In this document: positions 57,708 through 64,000 of the stretch, in pieces
How positions within the stretch are numbered: position 1 is the first letter of the stretch
How the letters are laid out: each line of letters starts with the position of its first letter
NCBI GenBank assembly: GCA_038245295.1
Contig: JBBRSP010000001.1
Coordinates: 59,486-123,485, forward strand
Reading direction: 5' to 3'
Length of the DNA: 64,000 bases
Origin: Candidatus Binatia bacterium
GTDB taxonomy: Bacteria > Desulfobacterota > Binatia > HRBIN30
Notes under the pieces: generated by a model
Database searches by the model: none
Seen by the model: the letters and a program-made list of their open reading frames with translations, nothing else
Told to the model about the DNA's origin: nothing
Program-made: the position numbers and the translations under genes

Positions 57708-59228
57708 TTACGCGTTGGTCTCTGGCTTCGTCCAGCGTAGGACCGGGCGCCGCGCCGCGCGGGCTTCATCGAGGCGCCCGACCGGGGTGCGTCGTGGCGC
57801 ATCATGCAAGACATCCGGCGTCTCGCGCGCCTCGCGAGCGATGGCGCGCATCGCGGCGATGAACTCGTCGATCGTCTCTTTGCTCTCGGTTTCCGTTGGC
57901 TCGATCATGATGGCGCCGCTTACAACCAACGGGAAGTAGATCGTTGGCGCGTAGAACCCGTACTCCAGAAGCCGCTTCGCCACGTCGAGTGTCTTGATGC
58001 CGTACTCTTCGAGTCGTTTGTCGCTGAGCACACACTCGTGCATGCACAAGCCGGGGTAGGCGAGATGATACTCATCCTCGAGGCTCTTGCGGATGTAGTT
58101 GGCGCTCAGGACGGCCATTTGGGTCGCCAGCTTCAAACCGTCGCCACCCAGGGCCAGCATGTAGGCCAGGGCACGCACGTGCATGCCGAAGTTGCCGTGG
58201 AAGGAACGCACCCGCCCGATGGTTTTTGGGAAGTCACTGCTCCACGCGTATGTCTTGTCGCGGCAGACAACGCGCGGCGTGGGCAGATAGGGCTCGAGAA
58301 TCTGGCGCACGGCAACCGGGCCCGACCCGGGACCGCCGCCACCGTGCGGGGTCGAGAACGTCTTGTGCAGATTGATCTGCATCACGTCGGCGCCCATGTG
58401 CGCCGGTTTGGCGATACCCATCAGCGCGTTCAGATTCGCGCCGTCGAGGTAGACCAGGCCACCCTTGCTGTGCACGACTTCGGCGATCTGGACAATCTCG
58501 CGTTCGAAGAGGCCGAGTGTGTTGGGATTGGTGATCATCAAGGCGGCGACGTCATCGTCCATGGCGCGACGCACCGCCTCGGCTTCGATCAAGCCGAGCC
58601 GATTGCCTTCGATCTGCACCGTCGTGTAGCCGCATAACGCGGCGCTGGCCGGGTTGGTGCCGTGAGCGCTTGCCGGGATCAATACTTTGCGACGCGCCCG
58701 ACCGTGGTCGACGTGATAGGCGCGCACCATCTTCATCCCGGCGAGCTCGCCCTGGGCACCGGCCGCAGGTTGCAGACTGACCGCATCCATCCCGGTGACC
58801 TCGGCCAGAATACGCTCCACTTCCCAAATCGTGGCCAGGGCGCCCTGTGCCGCGTCGTCATCAGCGAACGGGTGGAGATTGGCAAACCCGGCGAGCCGCG
58901 CCGCGACTTCGTTCACCACTGGGTTGTACTTCATGGTGCACGAGCCGAGCGGATAAAAGGTCGTCGCCGTGCCGTAGTTCCATTGCGACAAGCGTAGGAA
59001 GTGCCGCAGCACCTCCGGTTCACTCACCTCGGGCAGACCATCGACAGAATCGCGAAGCAACTCGGCGGGCAACACCGATTCGGCTCCTGCCGGCGCGGCG
59101 GCCGTCCAAACGCCAATCCGGCCGGCGCGGCTGCGCTCGAAAATCGGTGGCTCGTCGAGGATCAGGCCGGCCTGCTTGCCGGCGATCGGCCCGCTGGGTG
59201 TCTGCTCGTCTTCTTGTTCCTGCATCAC
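57708..59228 (-). CDS. gcvPB: Glycine dehydrogenase (decarboxylating) subunit 2.
   Basis: Full-length GcvPB similarity including the PLP-lysine region. The track GTG at 59228 is immediately followed by an ATG at 59225, which overlaps the gcvPA stop by 1 nt. Confidence 0.9.
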   Translation of the reverse strand: MMQEQEDEQTPSGPIAGKQAGLILDEPPIFERSRAGRIGVWTAAAPAGAESVLPAELLRDSVDGLPEVSEPEVLRHFLRLSQWNYGTATTFYPLGSCTMKYNPVVNEVAARLAGFANLHPFADDDAAQGALATIWEVERILAEVTGMDAVSLQPAAGAQGELAGMKMVRAYHVDHGRARRKVLIPASAHGTNPASAALCGYTTVQIEGNRLGLIEAEAVRRAMDDDVAALMITNPNTLGLFEREIVQIAEVVHSKGGLVYLDGANLNALMGIAKPAHMGADVMQINLHKTFSTPHGGGGPGSGPVAVRQILEPYLPTPRVVCRDKTYAWSSDFPKTIGRVRSFHGNFGMHVRALAYMLALGGDGLKLATQMAVLSANYIRKSLEDEYHLAYPGLCMHECVLSDKRLEEYGIKTLDVAKRLLEYGFYAPTIYFPLVVSGAIMIEPTETESKETIDEFIAAMRAIAREARETPDVLHDAPRRTPVGRLDEARAARRPVLRWTKPETNA

Positions 59229-60574
59229 TTTGCCGCCGTTTCAAAGGCCCGCACCAGGGCGTCGATGGCACTGTCCTCATGTACCTCGGTGACGCACAGC
59301 AACGCCGCATCACCGAACTCCGGATACCATCGCGACAGGCTGATCCCGGCGAGCAAGCCGCTCTTCTGCGCCGCGGCTCGTGCCGCGTCGAGGCGTTTGC
59401 CGCGTATGACGAACTCATTGAAGAACGGTGCCTGGAAGGGCACCTCGAGGCCTTTGATGCTGCCCAGGCGCTGTGCCAGTCGATGGGCTGCGGCGGTATT
59501 CGCCAAGGCGACGTTCCGGATACCCTGTTTGCCGAGGGCGCAGACGTGCACGGTGAACGCCAGCGACATGAGCCCCTGGTTGGTGCAAATGTTCGAGGTC
59601 GCCTTTTCACGCCGGATGTGTTGTTCGCGCGTCGCCAGAGTCAGCACGTAGCCGCGCCGTCCGGCCGTGTCGTTGGCTTCGCCCACCAACCGTCCAGGCA
59701 TCATGCGGACGTATTCCGAGCGCGTCGCGAAAAGACCGACCCCGGGGCCGCCGTAGGACATCGGGATGCCGAGACTCTGTCCTTCTGCCACGGCAATGTC
59801 GGCCCCCAACTCGCCCGGCGACTTCAAGAGGCCAAGTGCCACGGCTTCGCTGGTGGCGGTGATAACTAGCGCCTCTCTGGCATGCGCAATCGCAGCAACG
59901 GCGGCGACGTCCTCGATGACGCCGAAGAAGTTTGGATAACCGAGAACCACAGCCGCCGTCTGTTCATCGATGTTCTGCGCCAACCAAGCGCCGTCGGTAC
60001 GCCCCTGGGCATCAATGGGCGCTTCGACGACGTCGATCAGCCCGGCGCCTTCGAGGTATGTCGTGATCGTCTCGCGATAATGCGGATGCACGGCGCGCGA
60101 GACTATGACGCGGCGCCGCTTGTTGCGCACGCGTGCCGCCATCAGCACGGCCTCGGCCGTTGCCGAGGCGCCGTCGTACATGCTGGCGTTGGCGACATCG
60201 AGACCGAGCAGCATCGAGACGATCGTCTGAAATTCAAAGATCGCCTGGAGAGTCCCTTGGCTAACCTCGGGTTGGTACGGGGTGTAGGCCGAGTAGAACT
60301 CGGCGCGTTGCAGAATCTGATCGACCACCGCGGGGACAAAGTGCGGATAGGCTCCGGCACCGGCGAAGCAGGCTGCCGCGGCGGCACTGTTTTTCGCCGC
60401 CAACGATTCGAGATGGCGGCGCACCTCGAGCTCCGTGCGACCCGGCGCCAACGCCAAGGTGGCGCTGCGCCGCAGCTCGATCGGCACGTTCTCGAAGAGG
60501 TCGTCGATGTCTGCCACGCCGATGTGGTCGAGCATGGCTCGCACATCGTCAGCGGTATGTGGAATGAAACGCAT
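59225..60574 (-). CDS. gcvPA: Glycine dehydrogenase (decarboxylating) subunit 1.
   Basis: Trimmed to the ATG at 60574 (MRFIPHTADDVRAML…), the canonical GcvPA N-terminus. The track start at 60607 is a GTG. Confidence 0.9.
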   Translation of the reverse strand: MRFIPHTADDVRAMLDHIGVADIDDLFENVPIELRRSATLALAPGRTELEVRRHLESLAAKNSAAAAACFAGAGAYPHFVPAVVDQILQRAEFYSAYTPYQPEVSQGTLQAIFEFQTIVSMLLGLDVANASMYDGASATAEAVLMAARVRNKRRRVIVSRAVHPHYRETITTYLEGAGLIDVVEAPIDAQGRTDGAWLAQNIDEQTAAVVLGYPNFFGVIEDVAAVAAIAHAREALVITATSEAVALGLLKSPGELGADIAVAEGQSLGIPMSYGGPGVGLFATRSEYVRMMPGRLVGEANDTAGRRGYVLTLATREQHIRREKATSNICTNQGLMSLAFTVHVCALGKQGIRNVALANTAAAHRLAQRLGSIKGLEVPFQAPFFNEFVIRGKRLDAARAAAQKSGLLAGISLSRWYPEFGDAALLCVTEVHEDSAIDALVRAFETAAK

Positions 60575-60661
60575 CCGGAAGGCCTTCAACCCTCCGTAAA
60601 TGAGCACGCCACGGTGCGCGTGTGGAGAGGGTAATGAAAAAACGTTCGATTCGTGAGCCGA

Positions 60662-61054
60662 CTACTCCTCGTCTTCCTCGGCAACGAACTCTTCATACTC
60701 GACCGAGGTCATGAGCTCGTCGATCTCTTCCGGGTCGTTGATCTCGATCTTGATCAACCAGCCGTCGCCATAGGGATCTTCGTTGATGATCTCTGGATTG
60801 TCGGGGAGATCATCGTTGATCTCCATGACAATGCCGCTGATCGGCGCGAAGATATCAGAGACCGCTTTGACGGATTCGACGACGCCGAATGCATCTTCTT
60901 TGCTGACCTTGTCGCTCACGGCCGGCAGCTCGACGAACACGATGTCCCCGAGCTGATCCTGCGCAAAATCGGTGATGCCGATTGTGGCGATGTTTCCCTC
61001 AAGCAACACCCATTCGTGCTGCTTCGAGTATTTGAGGTCCTCGGGAAACTCCAT
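60662..61054 (-). CDS. gcvH: Glycine cleavage system H protein.
   Basis: …VESVKAVSDI… lipoyl-lysine motif; 130 aa. Confidence 0.9.
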   Translation of the reverse strand: MEFPEDLKYSKQHEWVLLEGNIATIGITDFAQDQLGDIVFVELPAVSDKVSKEDAFGVVESVKAVSDIFAPISGIVMEINDDLPDNPEIINEDPYGDGWLIKIEINDPEEIDELMTSVEYEEFVAEEDEE

Positions 61055-61066
61055 TACCTTTCCTCC

Positions 61067-62149
61067 CTACGAATCTTGACGCTTGTAGAACGGCAGCTTG
61101 ACCACTTCGGCTGGTACGATGCGTCCGCGAATATCGACGCCTAGTTTGGTACCCGTCTCCGCCGAAGCGGCCGCCACATAGCCTAGCCCTATTCCCTTGC
61201 CAACCGTCGGTGCTTTGGTTCCGCTGGTGATCTCGCCGACTGTTTCCTTGCCCGCAGTGACCGCATATCCCTGCCGTGGAATACCCCGCTCCGTCAATAC
61301 CAGTCCGATGAGTTTTCGCGTCACCCCTGTTGCGCGCTGCTTCTGCAACGCGTCGCGTCCGATGAAGTCGCCCTTGTTGAAACGCACCACCCAGGAGAGG
61401 CCCGCTTCCAGTGGCGTCGTCGTCTCGGTCAGTTCGTGACCATAGAGGGGCAGGGCGCGTTCCAACCGCAAGGTGTCGCGGGCTCCCAGCCCAACGGCCT
61501 GAATGCCGTGTGCCGCGCCTGCCTCCATGATCGCATCCCAGATGGCGCCGGCATGGGCATTCTCGCAATAGATCTCCCAACCATCTTCTCCCGTGTAGCC
61601 GGTGTGGGCGACCCAGCATTTCTTGCCGGCGACTTCGTCATCGACAAACCAGAAGGCGGGAATATTCAAGTCGGCAGGCGTCAGCTGGCGCAGAATCTCG
61701 GTCGCCCGCGGTCCTTGGCAAGCCAGTAACGACAGCTCTCCACTGCGATCGATCGCCTCGGCGCCGCCGCAGTTTTCTTTCACCCAGGCGAAATCTTTGC
61801 CGGTGTTCGAGGCGTTGACGCAGATCATGAAGCGTTGTTCGGCAACGCGATGCACCATGATGTCGTCGACGACGCCGCCACTGGGAAGACAAAACATGGA
61901 GTACTGCGCGTTGCCGTCTTGCAGGCGCGTGACGTCGTTGACCGTCAGTCGCTGCACCGCTTCGGCGGCGCGCGGCCCACGCAGCTCGAACTCTCCCATG
62001 TGACTGACGTCGAACAAGCCGGCATGCCGACGCACGGCCTCGTGCTCCTCGATGATGCCCGTGTACTGCACCGGCATCTCCCAGCCGCCGAATTCGACGA
62101 AACGCGCGCCTAACGCTTGGTGCCGGCTGTAGAGTTCTGTGCGTCGCAT
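61067..62149 (-). CDS. gcvT: Aminomethyltransferase (glycine cleavage T protein).
   Basis: Trimmed to the ATG at 62149 ([29 protein letters not shown]…). The 150-aa extension in the track ORF is Arg/His-rich nonsense. Confidence 0.9.
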   Translation of the reverse strand: MRRTELYSRHQALGARFVEFGGWEMPVQYTGIIEEHEAVRRHAGLFDVSHMGEFELRGPRAAEAVQRLTVNDVTRLQDGNAQYSMFCLPSGGVVDDIMVHRVAEQRFMICVNASNTGKDFAWVKENCGGAEAIDRSGELSLLACQGPRATEILRQLTPADLNIPAFWFVDDEVAGKKCWVAHTGYTGEDGWEIYCENAHAGAIWDAIMEAGAAHGIQAVGLGARDTLRLERALPLYGHELTETTTPLEAGLSWVVRFNKGDFIGRDALQKQRATGVTRKLIGLVLTERGIPRQGYAVTAGKETVGEITSGTKAPTVGKGIGLGYVAAASAETGTKLGVDIRGRIVPAEVVKLPFYKRQDS

Positions 62150-62163
62150 GGATCGTATCGCGC

Positions 62164-63015
62164 TTATCGAGCCAGACGCTTGGCCGCGGTGAGCGTGTTC
62201 TGCATCAGCATGGCGATGGTCATTGGTCCGACACCGCCGGGAACCGGGGTTATATGCGACGCCCTCTCCTTGGCCACCGCAAATTCGACGTCGCCAAGCA
62301 ACTTGCCGTTCTGCTGACGGTTGATGCCGACATCGATCACTACGCTCCCCGGTTTCACCCAGTCGCCACGGATGAGCTCGGTGCGCCCGATCGCGGCGAT
62401 CAGCACATCGGCGCGCGCCACCTCGGCGGCGATGTCGCGTGTGCGCGAGTGACAGATGGTCACTGTGGCGTGACGCTCGAGCAGCATGAAGGCGATCGGC
62501 TTGCCGACCAGAGTGCTGCGACCGCAAATCACCGCTTGGGCTCCCTTGAGACCGATGCCGGTGCTGTCCAGCAGGTGCATGACGCCAAGCGGCGTACACG
62601 GGCGCATGCCGTCGCGCCCTTGCACCAGGCGGGCCTGGCTGATGGGGTGTAACCCGTCGACATCCTTGCTCGGGGCGATCGCCTCGATGATCGCGTCGGA
62701 ATCGATATGACTCGGCAGTGGCAACTGCACCAGGATTCCGTGCACCTGATCGTCGCCGTTCAGGCGTTCGACCAACGCCAACAATTCGCCTTGCGTGATG
62801 TCAGCGGTGAATTCGAACGGATGTGAGACGATGCCGACTTCTTCGCACGCTTTGCGCTTGCCACGAACATAGGTGTGCGAGGCGGGATCGGCACCGACCA
62901 GCACAGTCGCCAGGCCGGGAGCGAAGCCGTGGACGGCGCGGAACTCGGCGACGTCACGTTTTACGGTCGCTCGGACGTCCGCCGCGGCCGCCTTGCCATC
63001 AATGATCTGCGCCAT
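62164..63015 (-). CDS. folD: Bifunctional methylene-THF dehydrogenase/methenyl-THF cyclohydrolase.
   Basis: [11 protein letters not shown]…[14 protein letters not shown]… It lies 14 nt upstream of gcvT. Confidence 0.9.
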   Translation of the reverse strand: MAQIIDGKAAAADVRATVKRDVAEFRAVHGFAPGLATVLVGADPASHTYVRGKRKACEEVGIVSHPFEFTADITQGELLALVERLNGDDQVHGILVQLPLPSHIDSDAIIEAIAPSKDVDGLHPISQARLVQGRDGMRPCTPLGVMHLLDSTGIGLKGAQAVICGRSTLVGKPIAFMLLERHATVTICHSRTRDIAAEVARADVLIAAIGRTELIRGDWVKPGSVVIDVGINRQQNGKLLGDVEFAVAKERASHITPVPGGVGPMTIAMLMQNTLTAAKRLAR

Positions 63016-63094
63016 CGACGGGCCGCATAGTCAATGCGACCCGTCGAGTAAACGGGGTGTTTTGGAACGGATACCTGCCCTGGTCGTAGGGATG

Positions 63095-63586
63095 TTACGC
63101 CTTCTTGGCCTTCTTACGCTTCGCCTTCGTGCCGGTGCTGGCGCCTGAGCGCAGCGTCACCACGGGACAACCGGCTTTGCGCACAACGTTCTCGGCGATG
63201 CTGCCGATCATCACGTGCATGAGTCCGGTGCGGCCATGCGTTCCCATGACGATCATGTCGACCTTCAGCTTCTTGGCACTGTCGACGATGGCGGATGCCG
63301 GCGCGCCGGTACGCATCAACGCTCGCGCCTTGATCTTGCGTTTCAGTAAGCCGGCTTCGATGTGCGCCAGTTGGTCTCGGCCCGCCTTGCGCTGCTCGTC
63401 GATCAGGACGGTCAGGTTGGGGCTCGTGGCATACATGTCGGCCGCCGACGCGTAGTAGATCGGTTCGAGGACGTACAAAACGATGATCTCAGGACCAAAC
63501 GGTTTGGTGAGCTCGATCGCGTAATCGAGTGCAGCGATCGAGTCGTCGGAAAAATCGATAGGGACGAGAACGGTCTTGGGCGCCAT
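63095..63586 (-). CDS. Universal stress protein (UspA family).
   Basis: Trimmed to the ATG at 63586 (MAPKTVLVPIDFSDDS…VMGTHGRTGL…GSIAENVV). The RBS AAGGAG is upstream. Confidence 0.75.
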   Translation of the reverse strand: MAPKTVLVPIDFSDDSIAALDYAIELTKPFGPEIIVLYVLEPIYYASAADMYATSPNLTVLIDEQRKAGRDQLAHIEAGLLKRKIKARALMRTGAPASAIVDSAKKLKVDMIVMGTHGRTGLMHVMIGSIAENVVRKAGCPVVTLRSGASTGTKAKRKKAKKA

Positions 63587-63768
63587 CAGGATCTCCTTTG
63601 CCTGAGCGCTAGGTATCACCGGATCCTGATAGGTGCGACCCCTGGGCGTGCGACGGTGCGCGAAGGGACCGTCGATCTCTTTTCGAGAGCAGGAGGTCGA
63701 GATCCGTCCACCGACTTCAAATTGGCAGGCGACCCGAGTATGAGCACGCCTGACGGAGGAGCGACGCA

Positions 63769-64000
63769 ATGCTGAAAGTCCTGGAAGGTGTGCGACTCGT
63801 CGAGATTGCCGAATGGTTCTTCGTGCCCGGCGCCGGCACGGTGCTGGCCGACTGGGGTGTCGATGTGATCAAGATCGAGCATCCGGTGCGTGGTGATCCG
63901 CTGCGTGGCCTGATCAGCTCGGGCATGATTCCGGGCGCCCAGGGGCCCAATTTCTTTGTCGAGAACGGCAGCCGCAACAAGCGCAGCGTCGGACTCGATC
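63769..64000 (+). CDS. CoA-transferase family III (CaiB/BaiF) protein, 5' part; continues beyond the window.
   Basis: MLKVLEGVRLVEIAEWFFVPGAGTVLADWGVDVIKIEHP is the characteristic family III N-terminus. GGAGGA lies upstream of the ATG. Confidence 0.7.
   Translation, partial: MLKVLEGVRLVEIAEWFFVPGAGTVLADWGVDVIKIEHPVRGDPLRGLISSGMIPGAQGPNFFVENGSRNKRSVGLD

Noticed and set aside
63016-63094. Possible glycine riboswitch upstream of folD/gcvT.
   Set aside because: The region is only 79 nt and lacks the conserved GGAGAG/CACCG cores; not supported.
1-64000. Search for tRNA, rRNA, CRISPR repeats and transposase or integrase genes.
   Set aside because: No T-loop (GGTTCGAATCC-like) within a cloverleaf-sized non-coding stretch, no regularly spaced direct repeats, and no ORF with DDE, tyrosine-recombinase or RVE motifs. 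The window looks like stable chromosome.

Overview
This is a GC-rich (~65-70%) bacterial chromosomal segment, apparently from a Gram-negative lineage. About 57 protein-coding genes are supportable. I found no rRNA, tRNA, CRISPR array, transposase or integrase. The ORF track uses GTG/TTG as well as ATG starts, so several track ORFs carry spurious N-terminal extensions that I trimmed to an internal ATG preceded by an RBS. Two kinds of content are interleaved.

Housekeeping genes:
- pirin and citrate synthase near the start of the window
- a zinc/metal uptake set (znuC-znuB, an O-methyltransferase and a ZIP transporter)
- rlmD, moaC and trxB
- a long minus-strand housekeeping array: rpmE-prfA-prmC-murA followed by a partial his set (hisD-hisB-hisH-hisA-hisF)
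- glpK, rsmH, tatA and an LLM oxidoreductase
- a folD-gcvT-gcvH-gcvPA-gcvPB C1/glycine-cleavage operon with a split P protein
- uspA and a partial CoA-transferase at the window end

An unusually dense glycan-modification repertoire:
- five large multi-pass membrane proteins resembling ArnT/PMT-type GT-C glycosyltransferases, some with periplasmic PA14-like or NHL beta-propeller C-terminal domains
- four GT2 enzymes, three of them Dpm1-like polyprenyl-phosphate-sugar synthases
- SAM methyltransferases, a PAPS-type sulfotransferase, an RmlC-like cupin, a PhyH-family dioxygenase and a DUF2064 glycosyltransferase coupled to a GH78 rhamnosidase
- a 1432-aa secreted FN3/NHL/LamG protein with Thr/Pro-rich linkers, sitting directly upstream of a methyltransferase, GT-C, YajD and sulfotransferase array

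The most interesting hypothesis is a PMT/ArnT-like protein- or envelope-glycosylation system with methylation and sulfation, built from repeated GT2 plus GT-C modules. This is an inference from domain architecture and gene order; no database searches were possible here.

Other items worth a second look are a tandem pair of ArsA/Get3-like ATPases whose second copy has degenerate motifs, a translationally coupled moaC-GT2-RmlC-PhyH operon, and a 19-bp inverted repeat in the leader of a GT2-methyltransferase operon.
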